64,000 nucleotides of DNA from an uncultured bacterium. GTDB taxonomy: Bacteria > Patescibacteriota > Kazan-3B-28. Below the pieces are notes generated by a model. That model made no database searches. It saw only the letters and a program-made list of their open reading frames with translations, and was not told the origin of the DNA. Shown one piece after another: positions 1 to 9,412 of the stretch. The DNA lies in NCBI GenBank assembly GCA_963695435.1, contig OY968788.1:207424-271423 (forward strand). Reading direction: 5' to 3'. The translations under genes were made by a program, and so were the position numbers. How positions within the stretch are numbered: position 1 is the stretch's first letter; every line of letters begins with the position of its first letter.

Positions 1-1
1 G

Positions 2-187
2 CTTCTACTCCTGGGGTACGGTTTAATCATCAAACCGATGATGAGCAACTATCTTATTTCCACTTCGGGCAATCCGTTGTTTTCTGCCAGTTTCGTGGTG
101 TTTTTGGTTGGGCTACAGTTGGCGGTGGGGCTGGTGGTCGGAGGAGTGTCGAGCTATTGGGCAACCAAAAAACATCTGACGATATAG
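2..187 (+). CDS. 3' fragment of a membrane protein (partial at window edge)
   Basis: Frame open from window start to TAG at 185-187; translation strongly hydrophobic (..FVVFLVGLQLAVGLVVGGVSSYWATKK). Confidence 0.35.
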   Translation, partial: LLLLGYGLIIKPMMSNYLISTSGNPLFSASFVVFLVGLQLAVGLVVGGVSSYWATKKHLTI

Positions 188-322
188 ATGGACGATAGAC
201 TTATGGACTTATAGACAAATAGAGAAGGCTGTCATCCTCGAGGTCGCCACGGCGACCGAAGGATCTAGAAGAATAATTCATAGATTCTTCGTTTCTCTCA
301 GAATGACAAATAAAGAAGGGTT

Positions 323-1486
323 ATGAAAATTGGGAAAATTACAAAATTAGTTTTGGCTTTCATTTTGGCGCTAAGCGTTGTATTGCCAGCTAGTGCTGAT
401 TTATTGAGTGATAAGACGCAAGAGTTAAGCAAACTGCGCGACCAAATTGCAGCACAGCAAAAACAACTGGATGGTGTACGCCAACGCAAGGCAACACTGC
501 AAAACCAGCTAGATATTTTGGATGGACAAATCAAGTTGAGCGAATTACAGCTTCAGGCATTGTCTGATCAAATTGATACGGTGAATCTGACTATGAGTCA
601 GACTAACGGCGAGTTGGTGTCGGCGGAGATTCAGATTTTTGAAAAGAAAAAGGTTTTACGGGAGGCAATCAAAGAAGCCTATATGAGAAGTCGTTCAGGA
701 CTTCTCGAAGTGTTGATTGGTTCATCAAACCTCTCGGATTTTATTAGTCAGATTGAATATATTAGTACGATTGAGGGGCGGATTACGGGGAGTATTAGTG
801 TATTACAGACTTTGAATGAGCAACTGAAGGGGAAAAAGCAGGAGTTGGAGGCGGCAGATAAACAATTGAAAGAATTGCAGTCGTCTAAACAATTGGAACA
901 AAACAGCATGGATGCACAGGCGAATGCGAAGGAAAATATTCTGCACGATACTAATCTGACTGAGGCGGAATATCAGAAGAAGATTGAAGCAGCAATCATC
1001 GAACAGCAACGGATGGAGAATGAAATTGCGCGCTTGGCTGCAAGCTCTCGGCGCGGAGTATTAAATGAGGGAAAGTATTCTCTATTGTGGCCAATTTCTT
1101 CTCATCTAATTACTGCGGGGTTCCAAGATGCTGATTATCTGAAGCGATTCAAAATTGCTCATAACGCAATTGATATTGGAACACCGCAAGGAACACCGAT
1201 AAAGGCGCCGGCGGATGCCTATGTTCTGAAAGTAAAGTTTGATGGCAGTACGGCGTATTCATATATAATGCTCGACCATGGTAATGGGATGGTGACTGTC
1301 TATGGTCATGTGAGCAGTGTGTCGGTATCCACGGGGCAGTTTGTGCCGGTGGGTACAGTGATCGGAACGACAGGGGGAACGCCGAGGTCAACGGGCTCGG
1401 GTTGGCTTACAACAGGGCCTCACTTACACTTTGAAGTTTGGCTCAATGGAGCGGCGAGAAACCCGCTAGCGTATTTAGGCGGGTAA
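323..1486 (+). CDS. M23 family metallopeptidase with long coiled coil (EnvC / murein hydrolase activator-like)
   Basis: Signal peptide, Q/L/E-rich coiled coil, C-terminal HxxxD and LDHGNGMVTVYGH M23 motifs. Confidence 0.8.
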   Translation: MKIGKITKLVLAFILALSVVLPASADLLSDKTQELSKLRDQIAAQQKQLDGVRQRKATLQNQLDILDGQIKLSELQLQALSDQIDTVNLTMSQTNGELVSAEIQIFEKKKVLREAIKEAYMRSRSGLLEVLIGSSNLSDFISQIEYISTIEGRITGSISVLQTLNEQLKGKKQELEAADKQLKELQSSKQLEQNSMDAQANAKENILHDTNLTEAEYQKKIEAAIIEQQRMENEIARLAASSRRGVLNEGKYSLLWPISSHLITAGFQDADYLKRFKIAHNAIDIGTPQGTPIKAPADAYVLKVKFDGSTAYSYIMLDHGNGMVTVYGHVSSVSVSTGQFVPVGTVIGTTGGTPRSTGSGWLTTGPHLHFEVWLNGAARNPLAYLGG

Positions 1487-1531
1487 GACGGTAGGGCGTG
1501 GTAGAATGTTTGAGGGGTGTGAGTTTTTGTT

Positions 1532-2740
1532 ATGGATAAAAAAGAGAGGAAAGTGCGATACGCGTTGACTGCGGTTGCTGGCATAATTCTATTGCTGGTG
1601 GTTTATTTTGCAGGTGTCACGCAAGGATATTACGGGAAAATTACTGCTAATAACTTTGGAGCAGTTTTTAAGAACGAACTTCAGCACAAACAACTTGGCA
1701 AAACTGATTTTAGTTTATTCTGGGATGTGGCGGATGATTTGCGTAATAAATATTATGGCGACATCAACGCGCAGGATATGCTGTATGGCAGTATCAAGGG
1801 GCTGGTGGCGGCGATTGGCGATCCGTACACTATTTTTGCTGACCCTGCGGAAAACAGCCAATTTTTCGATAATTTAAACGGCAGCTATGAGGGGATCGGG
1901 GTAGAGCTGGATGTGGTGGACGGCGCGTTGGTGGTGCTGACGCCTCTGAAGGGCTCACCGGCCGAAGCGGCGGGATTGAAGACCTTGGACGAGATCACGG
2001 CAGTGAACGGCAAGTCTGTGGCTGGGATGTCTTTTGCCGAGGTTTTAAGTGCGATAAAAGGACCAGCGGGGACTCAAGTAACTTTGACGGTTAATAGGGC
2101 GGGGGTGAATGACCCGTTAGTTTTGAAAGTTACTCGTCAAACAATTAAGCGCGACAGTGTGTCGGTAGAAATTGGCAAAGATAAAATTGCGGTAATAAAA
2201 ATTACGCGGTTTGCCACCGATACTGATGCGGGGTTCAAGACAGCAGTAAATAAAGTAATTGCGGAAGGGGCAAAAGGCGTAGTTTTGGATTTGCGGAATA
2301 ATCCGGGCGGATTTTTGGACTCGGGCGTAAAAGTTGCTAATGAATTTTTGAAGAGCGGTTTGATTGTGGAAGAGCGAACGAAGAACGGAGAAAAGACTTC
2401 GTATTCAGCGGATGGGAGCGGAGTACTGGCGGACATTCTGGTTGTGGTATTGGTAAATGGCGGAAGTGCCAGCGCGGCGGAAATTGTTGCGGGTGCATTG
2501 CAAGATAACGGCAGAGCGAAGATTGTTGGTGAACAAACTTATGGCAAAGGAAGCGTGCAAGAAGTGGAGGAGTTTCCGGATGGTTCAGCGCTTCGAGTGA
2601 CGGTCGGCAAATGGTACACGCCGAAAGGCACTTCCATCAGTGATTCCGGCATTACGCCTGATAAGAAGGTTGCGCTTACTGGCAAAGAAACTACTGATGT
2701 ACAGCTGACGGCGGCTAAAAATCTTTTGGCGGGCAAGTAA
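1532..2740 (+). CDS. ctpA: C-terminal processing peptidase S41 with PDZ domain
   Basis: TM anchor, PDZ segment ([17 protein letters not shown]), LDLRNNPGG and GSASAAEI serine-nucleophile motifs. Confidence 0.85.
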   Translation: MDKKERKVRYALTAVAGIILLLVVYFAGVTQGYYGKITANNFGAVFKNELQHKQLGKTDFSLFWDVADDLRNKYYGDINAQDMLYGSIKGLVAAIGDPYTIFADPAENSQFFDNLNGSYEGIGVELDVVDGALVVLTPLKGSPAEAAGLKTLDEITAVNGKSVAGMSFAEVLSAIKGPAGTQVTLTVNRAGVNDPLVLKVTRQTIKRDSVSVEIGKDKIAVIKITRFATDTDAGFKTAVNKVIAEGAKGVVLDLRNNPGGFLDSGVKVANEFLKSGLIVEERTKNGEKTSYSADGSGVLADILVVVLVNGGSASAAEIVAGALQDNGRAKIVGEQTYGKGSVQEVEEFPDGSALRVTVGKWYTPKGTSISDSGITPDKKVALTGKETTDVQLTAAKNLLAGK

Positions 2741-2763
2741 TTTCCAGATATAGTAGATGTGAG

Positions 2764-3213
2764 ATGGAAATATTACTGCTAAAAGATGTGCGCGGGGTAG
2801 GGCGCAAGGGTGAGGTCAAAAGAGTGGCGGACGGATATGCCAGGAACTTCTTGTTGGCTTTGGGTTTGGCGAAAGCCGCTACGGGTGGGGTAAAGACTTC
2901 GTGGGAGCAGGAGCAAGCCCAGAAGGCGCAGAAAGTCGAAAGTCAGGCGGAGGTGCTGGATGCACAAGTTAGCGCATTAGCGGGTCAGCAGGTGAGGATC
3001 GGAGCGAAAGCGAATCCTGCTGGAGGATTGTTCGCTTCTATTAATGAGGAACAAATCGTGCGGGCGGTCAAAGACCAGCTGGGAATTAGTTTGAGTGAAG
3101 ATTTGTTGGTGATAATGGAACCAATCAAACATATTGGTGGGCATATTGTGAAATATCAAGTGTCACCGGAAAAAGCGGCAGAGTTTAATGTGATAGTTGA
3201 TGGACAAGAATAA
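2764..3213 (+). CDS. rplI: 50S ribosomal protein L9
   Basis: N-terminus [30 protein letters not shown] matches the L9 consensus; about 149 aa. Confidence 0.85.
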   Translation: MEILLLKDVRGVGRKGEVKRVADGYARNFLLALGLAKAATGGVKTSWEQEQAQKAQKVESQAEVLDAQVSALAGQQVRIGAKANPAGGLFASINEEQIVRAVKDQLGISLSEDLLVIMEPIKHIGGHIVKYQVSPEKAAEFNVIVDGQE

Positions 3214-3220
3214 AGTATCG

Positions 3221-4510
3221 ATGGATGAAATTGTAAATGTTGCCAAACGGCGCGGATTTATTTATCCGAGTTCTGAAATCTATGGTGGGTTTGCAAATGC
3301 GTGGGATTACGGTCCATACGGAGTACTACTCAAAAATAATGTCAAACAAGCGTGGTGGCAGGATGTTGTAATGAAGCGGTCGGATATTGTCGGCTTGGAT
3401 AGTTCAATTTTGATGAACCCCAAGGTCTGGGAGGCAAGCGGACATTTGGAGAATTTTACCGATCCGTTGGTCGAGTGTAAGAAGTGTCATCAACGGTTCA
3501 AGGCGGACGACATCAAGGGCAAAGAGTGCCCGGTCTGTAAAGGGGAGCTGACGGAAGCTCAACAGTTCAATATGATGTTCAAGACTCACGCGGGACCGAT
3601 GGAGGAGTCAGCGAGCGAGGTTTATCTGCGTCCCGAAACAGCGCAGGGGATATTTGTAGATTTCAAAACGATTCTTGATACTACTCGGAACAAGTTGCCG
3701 TTTGGGGTGGCGCAGATTGGGAAATCTTTCCGCAATGAAATTACTCCAGGGAATTTTACTTTTAGAACGAGAGAGTTTGAACAATTTGAAATTGAATATT
3801 TTGTGAAGAGTGCGCTGGAAGCGAAGAAAGCTTTTGATGAATGGGTGAAGGTGAGATTTGAATGGTACAAGAGTTTGGGAATAAACGGGGATAATTTGCG
3901 TTTGCGTGAACATGATAAAAAAGATTTGGCGCATTACGCGGTGGAAGTGACGGATATTGAATACAATTTTCCGTTTGGATTTAGTGAACTTGAAGGAATT
4001 GCCAATAGGGGGAATTATGATTTGACCCAACACGAAAAGTTTTCGGGTGTCGATTTGAAATATTTTGAAGAAGAAACCAAACAGAAGATTTTGCCGTTTG
4101 TAGTGGAGCCGTCAGGCGGTGTCGATAGGGCGGTGTTGGCATTTCTTCTTGATGCATACGATAGCGAAAAAGTGGAGGGAGAAGAGAGAATTGTTCTTAG
4201 GTTTAGTCCGCGGTTGGCGCCTATTAAAGCGGCGATTTTCCCATTGATAAAGAAAGAGCCGTTGATATTGAAGGCGAAGGAGATTTATCACCAGCTCAAA
4301 GAAAAACATTTCGTTGAATATGATGAGAGCGGAACGATTGGGCGCAGATATCGTCGGCAAGATGAAATTGGGACGCCGATTTGTATTACGGTAGATTTCG
4401 ATTCTTTAGAGGATAACGCTGTTACGGTGCGCGATCGCGATACTATGAAACAGGAACGGGTACCGATCAATGATGTTGAAGAGTTCTTGGCAAAGAAGAT
4501 TGGGGTATAA
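3221..4510 (+). CDS. glyQS: glycine--tRNA ligase (alpha2 type)
   Basis: MDEIVNVAKRRGFIYPSSEIYGGFANAWDYGPYG N-terminus typical of dimeric GlyRS; class II core. ORF track start 3197 overlaps the rplI tail, so the ATG at 3221 is preferred. Confidence 0.85.
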   Translation: MDEIVNVAKRRGFIYPSSEIYGGFANAWDYGPYGVLLKNNVKQAWWQDVVMKRSDIVGLDSSILMNPKVWEASGHLENFTDPLVECKKCHQRFKADDIKGKECPVCKGELTEAQQFNMMFKTHAGPMEESASEVYLRPETAQGIFVDFKTILDTTRNKLPFGVAQIGKSFRNEITPGNFTFRTREFEQFEIEYFVKSALEAKKAFDEWVKVRFEWYKSLGINGDNLRLREHDKKDLAHYAVEVTDIEYNFPFGFSELEGIANRGNYDLTQHEKFSGVDLKYFEEETKQKILPFVVEPSGGVDRAVLAFLLDAYDSEKVEGEERIVLRFSPRLAPIKAAIFPLIKKEPLILKAKEIYHQLKEKHFVEYDESGTIGRRYRRQDEIGTPICITVDFDSLEDNAVTVRDRDTMKQERVPINDVEEFLAKKIGV

Positions 4511-4517
4511 TCGGGGT

Positions 4518-4964
4518 ATGGGAGAGGATAAGCCGAAAATTGGAGTTGGATTTGGGGTGATGATGTTGAGAAACGGGCAAGTTTTGTTGGGCAGAAGACA
4601 TGATGATCCCGAAAAGGCGGATAGTTTGTTGAACGGGGCGGGGAAGTGGACAATGCCCGGAGGCAAGCTTCATTTTGGCGAAAGTTTTGAAGAAGGCGCA
4701 AAAAGGGAAGTGTTGGAAGAAACAGGTATCACCCTAAACAGCGCGGAAGTTTTGTGTGTGAATAATGATATTGTCGAGACTGCTCATTTTGTGACGATTG
4801 GTCTTTTGTCTGAAGATTTTGTGGGCGAAGCGCAAGTAATGGAGCCCGATGAAATTACAGAATGGAAATGGCTTGATTTCGATAATTTGCCGTCGCCAAT
4901 GTATTTTCCGAGCGAAAAAGTGCTCAATAACTACAAGCAAAAATTGTTTTATATAGAAAAGTAG
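4518..4964 (+). CDS. NUDIX hydrolase
   Basis: Nudix box GGKLHFGESFEEGAKREVLEETGI; start chosen at the internal Met after the glyQS stop. Confidence 0.75.
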   Translation: MGEDKPKIGVGFGVMMLRNGQVLLGRRHDDPEKADSLLNGAGKWTMPGGKLHFGESFEEGAKREVLEETGITLNSAEVLCVNNDIVETAHFVTIGLLSEDFVGEAQVMEPDEITEWKWLDFDNLPSPMYFPSEKVLNNYKQKLFYIEK

Positions 4965-4988
4965 CTTCACACTCTAGATAGTTTTTTC

Positions 4989-5017
4989 TTGACCTAGAGC
5001 GAGTTTTGGGTTGCTTT
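4989..5017 (+). promoter_or_regulatory. Promoter-like motif TTGACC-N17 with conserved GAGCGrrTTTT spacer (copy 1 of 4)
   Basis: cttgacctagagcgagttttggg; same motif at 5795, 15816, 58219; -10 weak here (tgcttt). Confidence 0.35.
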
Positions 5018-5117
5018 TTTCTCTGTTTTGCTGTAATTTGCTCTGGAAGAGAGTCAAGCTGTGCTTGGCTTGGTTTCTACCTTGAGAACTAAATTCAATA
5101 CTGTAAGGGGGTGAATT

Positions 5118-5720
5118 ATGCACCAACAGGCTGCTAATTACATTCTTCGTGAAGAAGTCGGTGCGATCGCCACTGAAGGGCACTTCGTTTATCCTAATGG
5201 GCAGCACGGCAGGCTTTGTAAAGTCGACATAAGTCGGCTGTATCCGCACACCGAGAAAACATCCAGGCTGTGCCTGGCAATTGCCCAGGACTTTCTGAAC
5301 GATGATGTTGGGGTGGTCGTTGCTCCGGCAACTGGCGGGATTGTCCTATCGCAGTGGGTGGGCTACCACCTCTCGATGATTCTCCGGCGAGAGGTACCTA
5401 GCGTCTACGCCGAGAAAGAGGGAAATGTTTTCCTCATCAAGCACGATTACGACAAGATCGTGGCGGGGAAGAGGGTCTTGGTGCTGGACGAGGTCCTCAA
5501 TGTCGAGGGTCCGGCGAAGAAACTCGTCGAAGCCGTTCGTAATCTCGGTGGCAATGTCGTCGGTGTCGGCGCTCTCTGCAATCGCGGAGGGATCACGCCA
5601 AGAGATTCGGCGGTTCCAAAGGTCTTTGCCCTTGTCGACCTCAAGTTCGAGGCGTGGGGCAAGGGAGAGTGTCCGATGTGTGCCGAAGGCATACCCATCG
5701 AGAAGGGTAGCGGCTACTAG
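5118..5720 (+). CDS. Type I phosphoribosyltransferase-like protein (degenerate PRPP-binding motif)
   Basis: KRVLVLDEVLNVEGPAKK..VVGVGALCNRG resembles the PRTase fold; good RBS aagggggtgaattATG; lies in a GC-elevated segment. Confidence 0.5.
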   Translation: MHQQAANYILREEVGAIATEGHFVYPNGQHGRLCKVDISRLYPHTEKTSRLCLAIAQDFLNDDVGVVVAPATGGIVLSQWVGYHLSMILRREVPSVYAEKEGNVFLIKHDYDKIVAGKRVLVLDEVLNVEGPAKKLVEAVRNLGGNVVGVGALCNRGGITPRDSAVPKVFALVDLKFEAWGKGECPMCAEGIPIEKGSGY

Positions 5721-5755
5721 TAGCAGGCATGGACACTTCCGGGGATGCAACTTGA

Positions 5756-6187
5756 TTGGACGAAGGCGGTTCCTCCGTGGAGCCGCCTTTTTTATTGACC
5801 CAGAGCGGATTTTGGCGTATAGTACCAGTATCTCGGAAATGTATTGTGTACCTTGACCTTGAGGGAGGTGAAGAGGTGTTAAGACTCGGAATGCTATTCT
5901 CGAGGGCTTTTAGACCAATATCGCCCAGCCCGGCATTGTTAAGTCGGGCGCAGAGTGTGTTTCTAGAATACGGGCAATACTTTGCCAGCTTTGTTCTCTT
6001 ACTCATTCTCGATGCGATAAATGTCGGGAAGCTGGGAGCGGTTCTAGGTGTCCTTGAAGAGCATCTAGATACTTTGGCGCATCTGGATGTGAACATCAGA
6101 GGGCGCGAGCAAGAGGACATGGACAGAACTCTTCTGGTGTTTGAGCGGATTAACAAAGAAATTCTCAACAGGGAGGTGAAGCAATGA
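5756..6187 (+). CDS. Hypothetical protein (start probably internal, about 5848)
   Basis: ORF in GC-rich islet downstream of the promoter at 5795; no recognisable domain. Confidence 0.3.
   Translation: MDEGGSSVEPPFLLTQSGFWRIVPVSRKCIVYLDLEGGEEVLRLGMLFSRAFRPISPSPALLSRAQSVFLEYGQYFASFVLLLILDAINVGKLGAVLGVLEEHLDTLAHLDVNIRGREQEDMDRTLLVFERINKEILNREVKQ
5766..5794 (+). terminator. Rho-independent terminator after the PRTase-like gene
   Basis: ggcggttcctccgtggagccgcc followed by tttttta. Confidence 0.55.
5795..5823 (+). promoter_or_regulatory. Sigma70-like promoter TTGACC-N17-TATAGT with GAGCGGATTTT spacer (copy 2 of 4)
   Basis: ttgacc cagagcggattttggcg tatagt. Confidence 0.5.
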
Positions 6188-6483
6188 GAATCCCCAAAGA
6201 GTTGATCAAGAAGGTTCTCGATCCAAAGCTGAACAAGAAGCAGCTGAAACGGGTTCTGGCCGTGATTGACAATTATGGGGAACATTTAGAAGTCGGAGTT
6301 CTAAATGTTGTTCATTTTGGAATCGCGCTCGGGAAGGTGGAGAAGGTTCTCGTGATCCTCGAGAAGTACTTCAAGACCAACCTCGAGAAGATAGACCTGA
6401 ATAGGCGGGGGCGAACTGTCGATTTCGATGGTCTCGAAACCGACAAGGTGTTCGCCCAGATCTACAAAGAACTCCTTGGTTGA
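6184..6483 (+). CDS. Hypothetical small protein (99 aa)
   Basis: ORF overlapping the previous stop by 4 nt (operon-like); no recognisable domain. Confidence 0.35.
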   Translation: MRIPKELIKKVLDPKLNKKQLKRVLAVIDNYGEHLEVGVLNVVHFGIALGKVEKVLVILEKYFKTNLEKIDLNRRGRTVDFDGLETDKVFAQIYKELLG

Positions 6484-6629
6484 TAACCCGACCCGAAGTT
6501 CTATACTGACAAGGTTCGCACAGTTACCCTTGTCAGATTCTCCCCAAAACTGTGCTTTTTTTATTTGATTAGACAAACTTAAGAGCCCCGCGTGAAGCGA
6601 GGCTCTTGTTTGGGTTCAAATGAAGGTGC

Positions 6630-7613
6630 TTAGGCGACTTTCAGGAGGCGAGGGAAGAGGCGCATGTAGGCCAAGTTTCCGCGCTTGGTCTCAATAGCCT
6701 CTCTGGCCTCTTCTCTTCTCGCTTTCGATAGGTGCGGGTAGTCTTTTTCTTGCCCGTATCTCCGAGCGGAAATGAAGCGGTCGTCGTGGTATGCGCAGAA
6801 GTTGCACGTCATATCGATATTCTCGGGTCTTATTCCGATGAGCAGCAGCAGATGGAAAAGTAATTTCCCAAAAGCGATGTAGACTTTGCTGCTGTCGGGA
6901 TGCGGTTCCCACAGAGTATCTACTGGGAGACTCGGGTGTCTGTCTGTGGCCAGCGAAAACAGTCGGTCGAAGCCTCTTCTGCCAAACTCGTAGCAGAAAT
7001 CAAAGCTTCCATCCTTCTTGATCCCACTGATAGAAGGGCCGATTGCAATGTGGATGTCCTTTGCCTCTCCACAGTATTGGAGAAGGACTTTTTCCATAAT
7101 CCCACCGTCGCATTTGCTTTTCTCGGTCTCTTCGTCTTTGTGATACCCAAAGAGGGTATCAATGGAGAAGTGGACTGCGCCACCTTTTCCATCTTTGAGA
7201 TTTCGGATAAGCCCGATACCACAGTCGCGGACGCGGCTAACGACGACAAGCTGACTCAAGACGCCGTCTGATAGCTCTCCGTAAGAGACAACGATTGCGT
7301 CTCCTTGAGTGACTATGACTTGGCTGCCTTTGGTAACTGCGGGGTGCCAAGGCACGATTACTGGGTCGTAGTGTGCGTTTATCCCGATGTGGTTGATGGG
7401 GACGGATTTGAAGTGATTGTTCTTGGAGTAGTAGATCGTCAGATCGGGCTCTTTGAACATTCCCAACAAGATGCCGTCGTAGTTGGGGTCAGCGCCAGGT
7501 TCTCCGGGGTTCTTTAGCCCGACTGTAGACTTGCCGATAAACCCCGCCTCCATTCCTTTTTGTGTGAATACAGAATCACGGGGGTAGAACGTCTGGTATC
7601 CCGGAATGCTCAT
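6630..7613 (-). CDS. Hypothetical protein (327 aa), convergent with the PRTase islet
   Basis: Long ORF with good coding look; a bidirectional hairpin at about 6580-6605 separates it from the 6184 gene; no family recognised. Confidence 0.4.
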   Translation of the reverse strand: MSIPGYQTFYPRDSVFTQKGMEAGFIGKSTVGLKNPGEPGADPNYDGILLGMFKEPDLTIYYSKNNHFKSVPINHIGINAHYDPVIVPWHPAVTKGSQVIVTQGDAIVVSYGELSDGVLSQLVVVSRVRDCGIGLIRNLKDGKGGAVHFSIDTLFGYHKDEETEKSKCDGGIMEKVLLQYCGEAKDIHIAIGPSISGIKKDGSFDFCYEFGRRGFDRLFSLATDRHPSLPVDTLWEPHPDSSKVYIAFGKLLFHLLLLIGIRPENIDMTCNFCAYHDDRFISARRYGQEKDYPHLSKARREEAREAIETKRGNLAYMRLFPRLLKVA

Positions 7614-7846
7614 GACAGGATCTCCTTTTCAAGATTACAGTACGAATGCGGAATACCTGCTATGGTAGCGGATTTTTTGTGATTGGTCAATTTATTCGAA
7701 AATCACATCGAGCCGGTGTGGATAAACCAGGTATTGGATAGGGGAGCGGCAAAAAAAGTTAGCCTTGGGAGCGAATAACAAATCTTTTATGTCGAAAGTG
7801 TTGTTGGATAAAATATAAGTGGTGTACAATAAAACCATTGTGGATG

Positions 7847-7878
7847 TAAGTGGGGATAAGTGGAGGGGAAAGTGGATA
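7847..7878 (+). promoter_or_regulatory. Direct AAGTGG repeats at about 10-bp spacing (candidate MraZ operator)
   Basis: taagtgggga taagtggagg ..aaagtggata overlapping the mraZ 5' end; MraZ is known to bind GTG-containing direct repeats. Confidence 0.35.
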
Positions 7879-8303
7879 ACTTATTTATTGGTGAGTATAA
7901 GCATCAGTTAGACGACAAAGGGAGACTTGCCATTCCTTCCAAGTTTCGCAGTCATTTGAAAAAAGGTGCAGTTGTAACGAAAGGACTCGACGGATGTTTG
8001 TTTCTTTACACGCCGGACGAGTGGAGCAAAGTGGCAGCGAAACTAACGCAAATGCCATTTTCTCAAGGTAATGCGCGCGCATTTGCACGATTGATGTTGG
8101 CGGGCGCGATGGCGGTTGATCTTGATTCGCAAGGCCGCATCAATTTACCAAAATATTTAATGCAATATGCAGGGTTGAAAGGTATTTCGATAATTGCAGG
8201 GCTTATGAACCGACTGGAATTCTGGAACGAAAAGAAATGGGAAGACTACAAGAAAAAAACTGAAAAAGAATCAGAAAAAATGGCAGAAGAACTCTTTGTC
8301 TAG
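7860..8303 (+). CDS. mraZ: Transcriptional regulator MraZ
   Basis: LFIGEYKHQLDDKGRLAIPSKFR matches the MraZ N-terminal consensus; first gene of the dcw cluster; true start may be the GTG at 7872. Confidence 0.85.
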   Translation: MEGKVDNLFIGEYKHQLDDKGRLAIPSKFRSHLKKGAVVTKGLDGCLFLYTPDEWSKVAAKLTQMPFSQGNARAFARLMLAGAMAVDLDSQGRINLPKYLMQYAGLKGISIIAGLMNRLEFWNEKKWEDYKKKTEKESEKMAEELFV

Positions 8304-8360
8304 AGAATAGAGATTAGGGAGTAGAGAGTAGAGACGAGAGAATAAATTTGAGAGTAATCC

Positions 8361-8500
8361 ATCGCCGGCAACTTGACACAATTAGTTATCTAGTCATTAT
8401 CCGCAAACTTTTCACCTCCTAAAAAAGTTAGCGTCCAATTTTTTACCCAACCCCCTTGGGTTCACAATTCGACAAACCTCCCATACCAAGTTGCCGGCGA
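8361..8500 (+). repeat. Perfect 14-bp inverted repeat (tcgccggcaacttg / caagttgccggcga) flanking about 110 bp
   Basis: 8362-8375 and 8487-8500 are exact reverse complements; the enclosed segment holds TTGACA-N16-CATTAT. Confidence 0.6.
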
Positions 8501-8525
8501 AATTGAAAACTAATTAATAAATAGT

Positions 8526-9410
8526 ATGTCCAGATTCCAACATACTCCGGTGTTGCTCGAGGAAGTTATAAAATTCCTTGATCCGCAGCCGGGGGAAATC
8601 TTTGTAGATGCAACCGTTGGACTGGGGGGCCACGCGCAGGCGCTAATTGAACGCCTAGGCCCAGATGGAAAATTGATTGCAATTGATCAAGATGAACAGG
8701 CCTTACGCATCACGCACGAAAACCTTAGCCGTTTCGAAAAACGAATTATTCTGGTCCGCGGTAATTTCCGTGATCTTATTCAATTGGTTCAAGCAGACAA
8801 TGGACCCAGAAGTGTTGATGGATTACTTTTCGACCTCGGTGTCTCATCTCTTCAACTAGAGAATGGACAGCGGGGCTTTTCGTTTTTACACAATGCCCCT
8901 TTAGATATGAGAATGGACACGACCGACGGCGGGAAAACTGCAGCCGATATCGTGAATCATGCCAACTTCAATGAATTGGTGAAGATTCTGAAAGAATACG
9001 GCGAAGAGCCGAAAGCAGAAATAATTGCCAAAAGAATCATTGAAGCTCGCCGCAGAGAGCCGATTACCACAACGGGACAACTGGTAGAAATAATCGGCGG
9101 ATATTTAGGCGGAAGGATTCATCCTGCGACACGAGTGTTTCAAGCTCTGCGAATTGCTGCCAACGAAGAATTGCAAAGTTTGCAGGAAGCTTTGCCTCAA
9201 GCGGTTGAACTGCTGGCGCCGGGCGGAAGATTGGCGATTATCTCATTTCATTCATTAGAAGATAGAATCGTTAAAAACTTCTTAAAACTTCAGACCACTG
9301 GGGGGAGAATCAAGCTCCTCTCCAAGAAGGCCATCGCGCCTTCTTGGCCGGAGCGAAAACGCAACCCACGTGCTCGTAGTGCGAAACTGCGGGTCGCAAT
9401 GAAGATTTAG
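8526..9410 (+). CDS. rsmH: 16S rRNA (cytosine1402-N4)-methyltransferase
   Basis: MSRFQHTPVLLEEV..DATVGLGGHA SAM motif; follows mraZ. Confidence 0.9.
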   Translation: MSRFQHTPVLLEEVIKFLDPQPGEIFVDATVGLGGHAQALIERLGPDGKLIAIDQDEQALRITHENLSRFEKRIILVRGNFRDLIQLVQADNGPRSVDGLLFDLGVSSLQLENGQRGFSFLHNAPLDMRMDTTDGGKTAADIVNHANFNELVKILKEYGEEPKAEIIAKRIIEARRREPITTTGQLVEIIGGYLGGRIHPATRVFQALRIAANEELQSLQEALPQAVELLAPGGRLAIISFHSLEDRIVKNFLKLQTTGGRIKLLSKKAIAPSWPERKRNPRARSAKLRVAMKI

Positions 9411-9412
9411 AA

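Noticed and set aside
5346-6285. Long alternative-frame ORFs in the GC-rich islet (5346-5750 -, 5425-5856 +, 5447-5698 -, 5641-6285 -)
   Set aside because: Elevated GC reduces stop-codon frequency. These overlap the PRTase-like gene, which has a domain match and a good RBS.
8304-8360. GA-rich tagagagtagagacgagag repeats after mraZ, 18754-region gene and rpmF (8.31, 20.11, 62.70 kb)
   Set aside because: Noted as a low-complexity purine-rich repeat family at gene 3' ends. Partial inverted copies exist at 62.76 kb, but I could not derive a consistent structure or function, so it is not promoted to a finding.
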